Shown here in pieces: positions 10,207-18,064 of a stretch of 64,000 nucleotides of DNA. Under the pieces are notes generated by a model. The model was not told where the DNA came from and made no database searches. It saw only the letters and a list, made by a program, of their open reading frames with translations. The position numbers were made by a program, and so were the translations under genes. Source of the DNA: Gammaproteobacteria bacterium (GTDB lineage Bacteria; Pseudomonadota; Gammaproteobacteria; Pseudomonadales; Azotimanducaceae); contig JAYQAI010000003.1 of NCBI GenBank assembly GCA_038136715.1, positions 5,504-69,503 on the forward strand, read 5' to 3'. Numbering within the stretch: position 1 is the first letter of the stretch; each line of letters begins with the position of its first letter.

Positions 10207-11112
10207 TTACTGCTGTTGCTGCTGTTCCTGACGACGGCGCGCCATGATGAGACCTGACATCTCCCGCCCCTCTGCCAGATCAAGCAACTGATCTTTCTGT
10301 GCCACGAGATCCTCGTAGGTCACATCAGCATCAAACTGCAGTCCCTCGTTCACGAAGGTTGCACTGCGGCGGAAACGACCGTTACCCGCATGAAACGTCA
10401 TACCGGTAGGCGCATCATCGGCACACATCAGCAGCACGACCGGGGTCACCAGTTTCGGGTGGCGCATCGGGTCGGGATTGTCCGGGTCGACATCGCGCCC
10501 AGGAATCGTGCCGATCAGCCGGGTTTCTGCTGCTGGCGCGAGGCAATTGACCCGAATGTTTTTCGACGCACCTTCGATCGCGAGCACGTTCATAAAACCA
10601 AGCATGCCCATCTTTGCTGCGCCATAGTTGGTCTGGCCGAAGTTGCCGAAAATGCCAGATGTTGAGCTGGTAAAGACAATGCGGCCGTAATTCTTTTCGT
10701 ACATGACTGGCCACGCTGCCTTGGTAACGTATGCCGTACCGTTCAGGTGCACATCCATGACAATGTCCCAGTCGTCCATGGACAGGTTCTTGAAACTCTT
10801 GTCACGCAGGATACCGGCATTATTAACAAGAATGTCGATAGTACCGTAAGCACTGACCGCATCATCGATAATCGACTGGGCGCCGGCCCGGTCAGAAACT
10901 GAGGCTTTATTGGCGATGGCTTCACCACCGGCCGCTTTGATCTCTTCGACCACGGCATCCGCGGCATCGCCAGAACCGGTGCCATCGCCGGCCCCTCCAA
11001 GATCATTGACCACGACTTTTGCGCCACGGCTGGCAAATTCCAGGGCATGAGCTTTGCCCAGACCACCACCAGCACCCGTTATGACGACCACCTTGCCTTC
11101 GAATTCACTCAT
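10207..11112 (-). CDS. SDR-family oxidoreductase (multifunctional-enzyme-2-type 3-hydroxyacyl-CoA dehydrogenase-like)
   Basis: 'TGAGGGLG', 'NNAGILRDKSF', 'TSSTSG..GNFGQTNYGAAK' (YxxxK). C-terminus ends in a Gln run (RRRQEQQQQQ). Paralogue of 46526..47416. Confidence 0.9.
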   Translation of the reverse strand: MSEFEGKVVVITGAGGGLGKAHALEFASRGAKVVVNDLGGAGDGTGSGDAADAVVEEIKAAGGEAIANKASVSDRAGAQSIIDDAVSAYGTIDILVNNAGILRDKSFKNLSMDDWDIVMDVHLNGTAYVTKAAWPVMYEKNYGRIVFTSSTSGIFGNFGQTNYGAAKMGMLGFMNVLAIEGASKNIRVNCLAPAAETRLIGTIPGRDVDPDNPDPMRHPKLVTPVVLLMCADDAPTGMTFHAGNGRFRRSATFVNEGLQFDADVTYEDLVAQKDQLLDLAEGREMSGLIMARRRQEQQQQQ

Positions 11113-11204
11113 TTTTTGGTCCCTCAGTCATGAAATAGAGCAGGGATCATATGCCTCCTGCCCTGACATTACAAAAGCCTACAAAAAGCAGGGATATTTG
11201 TCGG

Positions 11205-11233
11205 TTGAAATCAGTCTTATCGCGCCCCATTTA
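11205..11233 (+). promoter_or_regulatory. sigma32 (heat-shock) type promoter upstream of the clpP paralogue
   Basis: TTGAAA (11205-11210), a 14-nt spacer, then CCCCATTTA (11225-11233). The E. coli sigma32 consensus is CTTGAAA-N13-15-CCCCATnT. It lies about 95 nt upstream of the start codon in the largest intergenic gap. Confidence 0.55.
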
Positions 11234-11328
11234 TACCGTGGAAGACACGCTAATGTCGTGTTCAAGGCGCGCCAAAGTGATAACATTCGCGCCTGCATGC
11301 GTACAGACAAATTTGAGGTTTTTTAATC

Positions 11329-11910
11329 GTGATGAACGAAGAGCAACAGGACGTGAAACTGCCATCCATGAACTTCATGGATGAGAAACTGTTCAAGTCC
11401 CGGTCGATCTCTATTTTCGGCCAGATTAACGAGAAAATCGCACGCACTGTGACGGAACAACTGCTGGCTCTGTCAGCAGACAGCGACGATCCCATCACGA
11501 TTTACGTCAGCTCTCCCGGCGGTCACGTCGAGTCCGGTGATGTTATCTACGACATGATCAAGTTCATCAAACCGGAAGTCCGCGTCGTCGGCACCGGTTG
11601 GGTTGCCAGCGCCGCCACCAATATCTACCTGGCGGCAAAACCTGAAAACCGCTATTCGCTGCCGAACACGAGGTACCTCGTCCACCAGCCTTCCGGCGGC
11701 TCCCGGGGCGATGCGACGGACATCGCGATCCAGGCAGAACAGATCCTCAAGACCAAGGCGCGCATCAACAAGATCATCGCGGATGAGACCGGGCGACCAC
11801 TCGAGCAGGTCGAGCAGGATACCGACCGGGACTACTGGATGTCAGTCGATGAAGCCATCGAGTACGGCATCGTGCACAAGGTCGTGACATCCGTGACAGA
11901 GATCAGCTAA
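11329..11910 (+). CDS. clpP: ATP-dependent Clp protease proteolytic subunit paralogue
   Basis: ClpP blocks with the catalytic triad present: Ser in 'GWVASAA', His in 'YLVHQPSGG', Asp in 'DTDRDYWMS'. Start is GTG 11329 or ATG 11332. No clpX, clpA or tig gene is adjacent. Confidence 0.9.
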   Translation: MMNEEQQDVKLPSMNFMDEKLFKSRSISIFGQINEKIARTVTEQLLALSADSDDPITIYVSSPGGHVESGDVIYDMIKFIKPEVRVVGTGWVASAATNIYLAAKPENRYSLPNTRYLVHQPSGGSRGDATDIAIQAEQILKTKARINKIIADETGRPLEQVEQDTDRDYWMSVDEAIEYGIVHKVVTSVTEIS

Positions 11911-12495
11911 CTGATTAGTCATCAAGGCAACAAACGCCTCTGCGTTTATTGCGGTTCTTCCCCGGGAAATGCTTCTGAGTTCAGCTCAGCCGCAGCGGCG
12001 CTCGGCACCCTGCTGCCCGCAGCCGGGTGGGATCTGGTCTACGGCGGCGCCAGTATCGGTTTAATGGGCACCATCGCAGACAGCGTACTGGCTGCCGGTG
12101 GAGAGGTGATCGGCGTCATACCCGAGGCGATTGCGGCGAGGGAAGTTGCTCACGCCGACCTGACGGCCTTGCATGTGACAGGATCCATGCACGAGCGCAA
12201 GTTGAAGATGGCTGATCTGTCGGATGCTTTCGTCGCTCTGCCCGGCGGACTCGGCACACTGGAGGAGCTGTTCGAAATCTGGACCTGGACCCAACTCGGC
12301 TTCCACACCAAGCCCATCGCAGTCTACAACGTGGCAGGCTACTACGACGGCCTGGTCAATTTCCTTGACGCCTCAACGAGCGCAGGTTTTATCAGACCCG
12401 CGCATCGGGAAATGTTGATCGTCGATGATGACCCTGCAGCCATGCTTGAGCGTATCACCGCCTATCAGCATGCGGGTGTCGACAAACTCGGATAG
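11911..12495 (+). CDS. LOG-family (TIGR00730-like) nucleotide 5'-monophosphate nucleosidase; start codon non-canonical or unresolved
   Basis: LOG motif 'PGGLGTLEE' lies in ORF 12064..12495. The N-terminal LOG blocks 'RLCVYCGSSPG' and 'VYGGASIGLMG' are encoded in the same frame upstream of Met-12064. That frame is open back to the clpP TAA (11908-11910) and contains no ATG, GTG or TTG. Confidence 0.8.
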   Translation: MISHQGNKRLCVYCGSSPGNASEFSSAAAALGTLLPAAGWDLVYGGASIGLMGTIADSVLAAGGEVIGVIPEAIAAREVAHADLTALHVTGSMHERKLKMADLSDAFVALPGGLGTLEELFEIWTWTQLGFHTKPIAVYNVAGYYDGLVNFLDASTSAGFIRPAHREMLIVDDDPAAMLERITAYQHAGVDKLG

Positions 12496-12517
12496 CCATC
12501 ACGCTGGAGCCAACACC

Positions 12518-12545
12518 TTGAATATCTCTGATCAGATCTCAATAT
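12518..12545 (+). promoter_or_regulatory. possible sigma32-type promoter upstream of htpX
   Basis: (C)TTGAAT (12518-12523), a 14-nt spacer, then CTCAATAT (12538-12545). The spacing matches the clpP element. The -10 is only a partial match to CCCCATnT. htpX belongs to the sigma32 regulon in E. coli. Confidence 0.4.
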
Positions 12546-12575
12546 TAGACCTGTAGGAATCTAACGGATGAAGCA

Positions 12576-13457
12576 ATGACAAGACTGGCATTATTTCTTG
12601 CAACCAATATCGCGATCATCGCGCTGATCAGCATCACCTTCCAGGTGCTCGGCATCGAGGGGATCCTCGCCCAGAACGGTGTCGACCTGAACCTCTACGG
12701 TCTGTTCGTCATGTCTGCGGTGATCGGCTTTGCCGGCAGCTTTATCTCGCTGGCCATGTCAAAGTGGTCGGCCAAACATGCCATGGGTGTGCAGATTATC
12801 GGGTCGCCAGGCCACCCGCAGGAAAAGTGGCTGCTCGATACGGTCGCCCGCCAGGCCGAACAAGCTGGCATTGGCATGCCCGAGGTTGGAGTTTTTCAGT
12901 CCGATGACGTGAATGCGTTTGCAACTGGCATGAATCGGAACAACGCGCTGGTGGCTGTCAGTACCGGTTTGCTGCAGAAGATGACTGCCGATGAAGCGGA
13001 GGCTGTACTTGGTCATGAGGTGGCCCACGTTGCCAATGGCGACATGATAACAATGGGCCTCATCCAGGGCGTGGTGAACACCTTTGTGATTTTCCTGTCA
13101 CGCCTAGTCGGCTTCTTTGTCGACCGCGTGCTTCTAAAGAATGACCGCGGTCTCGGCATCGGCTATTTCATCACATCGATCATCGCCCAGATCTTTCTGT
13201 CGTTTTTCGCCTCAATGATCGTCATGTGGTTCTCACGCCGACGCGAGTTCCGCGCAGACGAAGGAGGTGCTGCGCTGGCCGGGCGTGAGAAGATGATTGC
13301 AGCCCTGCGGCGCCTGCAGGGTGATGCAACCGAGGACCTGCCGGGCGAATTTGCGGCTTTCGGTATCAATGGCGGCCGGCCCACGGGCCTGCGAGCGCTG
13401 ATGATGAGCCACCCGCCTCTCGAAGACAGGATCGCCGCACTCGAGCGCAGTCGCTAA
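12576..13457 (+). CDS. htpX: zinc metalloprotease HtpX (M48 family)
   Basis: Collinear with E. coli HtpX: 'RLALFL.TN', 'SKW.A', 'INAFATG', zinc motif 'HEVAHVANGDM', 'FSRRREF.AD', 'REKMIAAL.RL', 'THPPLE.RIAAL'. Confidence 0.95.
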   Translation: MTRLALFLATNIAIIALISITFQVLGIEGILAQNGVDLNLYGLFVMSAVIGFAGSFISLAMSKWSAKHAMGVQIIGSPGHPQEKWLLDTVARQAEQAGIGMPEVGVFQSDDVNAFATGMNRNNALVAVSTGLLQKMTADEAEAVLGHEVAHVANGDMITMGLIQGVVNTFVIFLSRLVGFFVDRVLLKNDRGLGIGYFITSIIAQIFLSFFASMIVMWFSRRREFRADEGGAALAGREKMIAALRRLQGDATEDLPGEFAAFGINGGRPTGLRALMMSHPPLEDRIAALERSR

Positions 13458-13473
13458 CCCAGGCCAGACTTCC

Positions 13474-13899
13474 ATGGATGATCCAAGACACCTGCGCGAT
13501 GACCCCTTCGGGGACTTTGATGACATGCCCTTCCATAAATATCTTGGGCTCACTATGCAGGAAACCCAACCAGACTATGCGCGGACCCGCCTCGTCATCA
13601 ATGATTCTACGCCAACGGGGATAGGTGGCAGTGTCCATGGCGGCGTACTTGCTACCATGGTGGATATGACCGCCGTCCCCGCCGTCTTCACTCTTCTGCG
13701 GGAGGGCAGCGAGCCTGCCGGTACGGCTGACCTGCAACTGACCTACCTGAAACAGGCCCACGGGCCCTGGATTGAGGCCGAAGCCAGGGTTATCAAGCGC
13801 GGCCGTCAGCTCAGCACCATCCATGTGGATATCCGCAACGCCGATGGTGAGCTATGTGTTACCGGACGCGTGCTTTATGCCCTGAGGTTTACGGGCTAG
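13474..13899 (+). CDS. PaaI-family hotdog-fold thioesterase
   Basis: 141 aa with 'FHKYLGL', 'GSVHGGVLATMVD' and a C-terminal hotdog pattern. 16-nt gap after htpX. Confidence 0.75.
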   Translation: MDDPRHLRDDPFGDFDDMPFHKYLGLTMQETQPDYARTRLVINDSTPTGIGGSVHGGVLATMVDMTAVPAVFTLLREGSEPAGTADLQLTYLKQAHGPWIEAEARVIKRGRQLSTIHVDIRNADGELCVTGRVLYALRFTG

Positions 13900-13966
13900 C
13901 CCAGCGCCTTGCAGTCGCGGGCAAGGCAGCGGCGCTCTGCATAGTATGTTTCACATTGACGCCGGA

Positions 13967-15409
13967 TCATCCCTTCCCGGCTTCGCCCCGCTGGGCCAGC
14001 GAACTCAGGATTTCCTGGTGGCGGACCCGGTCAATGCGATACCCCATGTAAAACAACAGCCCAATCGCTGTAAACACTGAGGTCGCCGGTCCGGCGATAA
14101 AACCCAGCTGCCAGACAGTCTCAGCGGGAATAGAGCCCATCAGTGCACCTCTGGGAAAGGCGATGAGATCCAGCAGGACACCGCCAAAGACCAAACCCAG
14201 TGAGGCCGTCGCCTTGGTTGCAAATGACCGCGCTGAAAAGATCACCCCTTCCCGGCGTTCATTCGTTTCAAGCTCATGCTCATCTGTAATGTCCGCGAAC
14301 ATGGAGTTGAGGCTGGCGAAGACTACCGGCGCCAGCAGCGCAGTGATGCCGTGGCTTACGATCAGGATGATCAGCAGCACTGTTGAGCCTGGCGCTGGGA
14401 ACCAGCTCGTTTCCAGCAGCAGCAGAACGATCGGCGCGTTGATATTAATTAAAGTCAGGAACGCCGCCCCGATCAGCGTGGGTTTTTTGTCGAAACGGCT
14501 GGTGAGAAAAGGTACCAGGAAGACAGACAACGTGAGCCCAGTCAGTTGCCCGAGCGGGATGTAAGTCAGCTGTTCAGTGGTCATGCCCCAAAAGTGAAAA
14601 CCCATAAAGGGATTGAAGACAGCCTCGACCGACAGCATAAAGGTCGAAAGCACCATACCAATGAAAATTGCGCGGAAAGAGCGATTGCGAAACACATCGA
14701 CGAGCTCTGCCAGCAGCCGCCTGGCACCAAACGCCTCGCGGGCGATGGCTTTCTGCCCTTGCAGTCTGGGTATCTCACGATAGGTCCCCAGCACACAGAC
14801 GACAATAGCGAATATCATCATCCCGCCGGCAAACAGTGACCAGGGGCCATAGGCTGCCTGATTCAACAATGCCGGATTGAAGGCTTCAGTTGTGGGAAAG
14901 AACAAGCGGTAAGACAGAGGCAGAAACAGGGCGCTGCCCATGAAACCGAAGAACGTACTGAAGGCATAAAGCGTCGAGCGCTGGTTGTAATCTTCTGCAA
15001 GCTCAGCACCCAGCGCCAGGTGCGGCACGTGGTAGAACGTCATGGACGCCCGAACGAGGATGGCGAAGACGCAGAGCCAGACCAGATACCCGAGTTCGCT
15101 CAGACCAGTGGGTGGATTGAACAGAAAGTAAAAGGTGATCGCCAACGGCAGTGCCGCAAACAGGATAAACGGATGCCGCCGGCCCCAGCGACTGCGCAAC
15201 TTGTCTGACAGACTGCCGGCGACCGGGTCTGTCACGGCATCAAAGATCAGAGCGAGCGCGAGCGCGATGCTGGTACCGGTTGCCGACACGTGCAGTACCT
15301 GATTGTAGTAGAACAACAGGAAGACACTGAAACCGACGTTTTTCACGGCTTCACCCACCTGGCCGAAGCCGTAGGCCGCCATGGTCGGTAGACTGAGTTT
15401 ATGGGCCAA
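13967..15409 (-). CDS. MFS transporter, glycoside-pentoside-hexuronide (GPH) cation symporter family
   Basis: 'KLSLPTMAAYGFGQ', 'IFDAVTDPVAGSLSD..RSRWGRRHPF' and about 12 hydrophobic spans. Apparent TTG start at 15409; an ATG at 15382 would cut the conserved N-terminal block. Confidence 0.85.
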   Translation of the reverse strand: MAHKLSLPTMAAYGFGQVGEAVKNVGFSVFLLFYYNQVLHVSATGTSIALALALIFDAVTDPVAGSLSDKLRSRWGRRHPFILFAALPLAITFYFLFNPPTGLSELGYLVWLCVFAILVRASMTFYHVPHLALGAELAEDYNQRSTLYAFSTFFGFMGSALFLPLSYRLFFPTTEAFNPALLNQAAYGPWSLFAGGMMIFAIVVCVLGTYREIPRLQGQKAIAREAFGARRLLAELVDVFRNRSFRAIFIGMVLSTFMLSVEAVFNPFMGFHFWGMTTEQLTYIPLGQLTGLTLSVFLVPFLTSRFDKKPTLIGAAFLTLININAPIVLLLLETSWFPAPGSTVLLIILIVSHGITALLAPVVFASLNSMFADITDEHELETNERREGVIFSARSFATKATASLGLVFGGVLLDLIAFPRGALMGSIPAETVWQLGFIAGPATSVFTAIGLLFYMGYRIDRVRHQEILSSLAQRGEAGKG

Positions 15410-15442
15410 GGGGCGACAAGCTCTTTGGTGTTGCTGCCGAAG

Positions 15443-16054
15443 TCACGATAACGTTATCTCACCCCGGGGACTGTCGATGATCGCCTGCATCCCGGCGCCG
15501 CCGGTCTCGACCTGAACCTCGAGCCCGATGCCATCACAGAATGTGCGCAGTGCATCGGGCTCCGGCAGGCTGACGGTAAATTTTTTCAAGCCACAGCCTG
15601 CTGGCGCATCATCCGCCGGATGAGGACTTTCCTGCCAATCGATAAAAAATGGCAGGCTCAGGCCAAACGGGTGATGCGTCACAAAAAGCAAACGCCAGGC
15701 CAGCTCGATGCCATCGGGTCGCGTCCGGGACATCGCCACGATCTGATGCTGGTAGCCCGCAGCGGCAGCTGCAGCCACCACCGGATCAAAATCCGTCGTT
15801 GCCGCAGCCCAGGTCCTGATGAACGGCCGCTCTGCCATCCTCAACTCATCCCCCAGCGTACCTTTGATCGTCTGGGCCGGATCGGGGGCAATGATTTCAA
15901 GGTACTGGGCGTCGCCAAAGGACAGCAGCGCGTTGCGCGTGCCACCACCCGGGTGGCTGCCACCCCCGGCGGCGCTGATTCCGCTCAAATCCTGGACGTG
16001 TTTGACACCCGCATGGAGATCATTCGCTGCAAACATAATATGATCAAGTTTCAT
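15443..16054 (-). CDS. VOC (glyoxalase-like domain) family protein
   Basis: 203 aa. 'MKLDHIMFAANDL' and 'YLEIIAPDP' are typical of the glyoxalase-like domain. Confidence 0.7.
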   Translation of the reverse strand: MKLDHIMFAANDLHAGVKHVQDLSGISAAGGGSHPGGGTRNALLSFGDAQYLEIIAPDPAQTIKGTLGDELRMAERPFIRTWAAATTDFDPVVAAAAAAGYQHQIVAMSRTRPDGIELAWRLLFVTHHPFGLSLPFFIDWQESPHPADDAPAGCGLKKFTVSLPEPDALRTFCDGIGLEVQVETGGAGMQAIIDSPRGEITLS

Positions 16055-16081
16055 TCTGCACTACCGTCCGTATTTCCCTGC

Positions 16082-16657
16082 ATGCAAACCTGGCATACCC
16101 GGATTATCGCCCTCCCGACCGAGAAAGCCAGCCAGCTTGAGCTTGCGGCAGTATTGGCCGCAGCATTCGCCAAAGACCCACTCATGCGAAAAATGCTGGG
16201 GGACGAAAAATGGTCAGCGATCAAGGCGCCTTACTTTCGGCTGCAGCTGGCCCAGGCCGACCATGCCATTGCCCTGGCAGACGCAGGTCAATTCATTGGC
16301 GTACTGCTGGCTAGGTCACCCGCTGCAAGAATGCCAGGCTGGCGTTCAGCCCTGCAGGCATTGAAAGCCAGGAAACTCCTTGGTGACAAATTCGTCCTGT
16401 CCCAGCAAATGGCGCGGGCCATCTCCATGAAAGTCCCGAAGGAACCCCATTGGTATATCAATCAGATTGGCACGCTACCGGCCGCCAGGGGTCTCGGCGC
16501 GGGCCATGCCATGCTGGCAACGCTCGCCCAGATACGTGGCCGGGATCCCGTCTATGTTGACTGCGAACGACCCCTGACAGGCTTTTACCAGCGAGCCGGC
16601 TATGAACTGATCGCGGCAACAAGCGATCAGCAGATGATGGTGATGGGACTGCGCTAG
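16082..16657 (+). CDS. GNAT-family N-acetyltransferase
   Basis: This is the C-terminal 191 codons of ORF 15620..16657. Its upstream part is antisense to the VOC gene and is rejected. Acetyl-CoA motif A-like 'LPAARGLGAGHAML' and C-terminal 'FYQRAGYE'. Confidence 0.7.
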   Translation: MQTWHTRIIALPTEKASQLELAAVLAAAFAKDPLMRKMLGDEKWSAIKAPYFRLQLAQADHAIALADAGQFIGVLLARSPAARMPGWRSALQALKARKLLGDKFVLSQQMARAISMKVPKEPHWYINQIGTLPAARGLGAGHAMLATLAQIRGRDPVYVDCERPLTGFYQRAGYELIAATSDQQMMVMGLR

Positions 16658-16669
16658 GCAGCCGACAGA

Positions 16670-16783
16670 TTACACAACAAAATTAGCGAGCAGGATCAGC
16701 GCAACGGTCAGCGCAGCAAAGCCGGCGGTCGCGAGGCCTATCAGTTTCATGGTTTTCGTGTCTTCTTCATTGAATACGGACAT
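16670..16783 (-). CDS. candidate 37-aa single-pass membrane micro-protein (below the ORF-track size cutoff)
   Basis: ATG at 16783..16781, preceded by GAGGGA with 8-nt spacing. Translation is MSVFNEEDTKTMKLIGLATAGFAALTVALILLANFVV*. It lies in an otherwise unassigned 180-bp gap. No homology evidence. Confidence 0.4.
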   Translation of the reverse strand: MSVFNEEDTKTMKLIGLATAGFAALTVALILLANFVV

Positions 16784-16930
16784 GTTTAGTTTCCCTCACC
16801 GAACTAATGGAGTGCACCAGCCTACCCTGCCCAGCGATTGAGTCAAGTCGCGCCAGCATCCTGCCGACAGCCGCTGCATCGACAACAACAGCGCTTCAGC
16901 TCAAACCGCCGTCATAGTATCGTCCGTAAC

Positions 16931-18061
16931 ATGGAAGATAAGCGCTACATGGCCCTTCACGAGATCGTTCAGCAGGCCAGAGAAAAACTGGACGCAACCT
17001 ACTGGGACTATCTGGTTGGCGGCGCCGATACTGAAACCACATTACGCCGGAACCGGCTGGCGCTGGACCAGCTCGGTATCGTCTCGCGCGTCTTGAACAA
17101 TGTATCAGCCGTAGACACATCCGGTTCACTGCTGGGTCATCAACTGGACATGCCCGTCCTGCTGGCGCCTATTGGCTCACTCGAGTCGTTTGATCCTGGA
17201 GGCGGTGCCAGCGCCGCCATCGCAGCAGATCACGCAGGCATCATCAGTATGGCCAGTTCAGTCTGCCAGCCGTCCCTTGAAGCCATCGCCAGCGCTTCAG
17301 CTGGACCAAAAATTTACCAGCTGTACGTCCGTGGCGACGTCAACTGGATCAGCGACGTGATTCAGCGGGCACTCGACAACGACTACGCAGCATTTTGTCT
17401 TACCGTCGATACCGCTGTGGTCAGTCGGCGCGAACGCGATATCGCCAAGCGCGTCTCACCGACATCTGCGCAGCCGGCTGGTGGTATGGAATACCAGGCA
17501 TCCTTCAGCTGGCACGAACTGGCCGAGGTTCGCGCCCGCCACAATATTCCGCTCATCATCAAAGGCATCTCGCATCCGGCAGATGCTCGCCGCGCCGTCG
17601 ACCTTGGCGTGAATGCGATTTACGTTTCGAATCATGGTGGCCGCCAGTTGGACCAGGCCATAGCCAGCATCAGCGCGCTGCCCGCGATTGTCGAAGCAGT
17701 TCAGGGTGAAGCCGAAATTATCGTCGACGGCGGCTTTTATCGAGGCACTGATATCCTGAAAGCCATTGCTCTCGGCGCCAACTGCGTCGGCATCGGCAGG
17801 CTGGAAGCCTGGGCGCTGGCGGCGGGCGGCGTTCCAGCCCTGCTGCGCTGCCTGACACTGCTGAAACGGGAACTGGCGAAAAGCATGGCGCTGGCCGGCG
17901 TTACCACACTGGCGGACCTCAATCCGGCCTTTGTGACCCAGGCTACTGCCGTGGCGGCACCCGATGTTGTCAGCGCCTTCCCACTCATAGACGATTACCC
18001 TGGGCCGCCGGGAATCAGAGAAGGAATCAGAGAAGGAACCAAAGAAGGAAACAACGAGTAG
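16931..18061 (+). CDS. FMN-dependent alpha-hydroxy-acid oxidase/dehydrogenase (LldD / glycolate-oxidase family)
   Basis: 'YVSNHGGRQLD' catalytic block, 'IIVDGGFYRGTDILKAIALGA', 'KGI.HP.DA'. Start set to ATG 16931. The C-terminus carries the GIRE-GIRE-GTKE-GNNE repeat. Confidence 0.9.
   Translation: MEDKRYMALHEIVQQAREKLDATYWDYLVGGADTETTLRRNRLALDQLGIVSRVLNNVSAVDTSGSLLGHQLDMPVLLAPIGSLESFDPGGGASAAIAADHAGIISMASSVCQPSLEAIASASAGPKIYQLYVRGDVNWISDVIQRALDNDYAAFCLTVDTAVVSRRERDIAKRVSPTSAQPAGGMEYQASFSWHELAEVRARHNIPLIIKGISHPADARRAVDLGVNAIYVSNHGGRQLDQAIASISALPAIVEAVQGEAEIIVDGGFYRGTDILKAIALGANCVGIGRLEAWALAAGGVPALLRCLTLLKRELAKSMALAGVTTLADLNPAFVTQATAVAAPDVVSAFPLIDDYPGPPGIREGIREGTKEGNNE
18011..18058 (+). repeat. 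4 x 12-nt purine-rich tandem repeat at the 3' end of the oxidase gene
   Basis: GGAATCAGAGAA (18011), GGAATCAGAGAA (18023), GGAACCAAAGAA (18035), GGAAACAACGAG (18047), then TAG and the sigma-factor ATG at 18065. Confidence 0.95.
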
Positions 18062-18064
18062 CAC

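Noticed and set aside
10207-10233. CAG/CAA-type run encoding the QEQQQQQ C-terminal tail of the SDR.
   Set aside because: It is a short homopolymeric codon run at a gene end and is likely neutral. It is noted only as a possible slippage site.
11151-11384. 77-aa ORF in the clpP upstream gap, with an AGGGA-like Shine-Dalgarno sequence.
   Set aside because: It runs through the sigma32-type promoter and overlaps the clpP start out of frame. It has no recognisable protein features, so the region is better explained as promoter plus 5' UTR.
15620-16081. N-terminal 154 codons of the 345-aa ORF 15620..16657.
   Set aside because: This part is antisense to the VOC-family gene and is Arg/His-rich. GNAT similarity begins only after Met at 16082, so the gene was trimmed.
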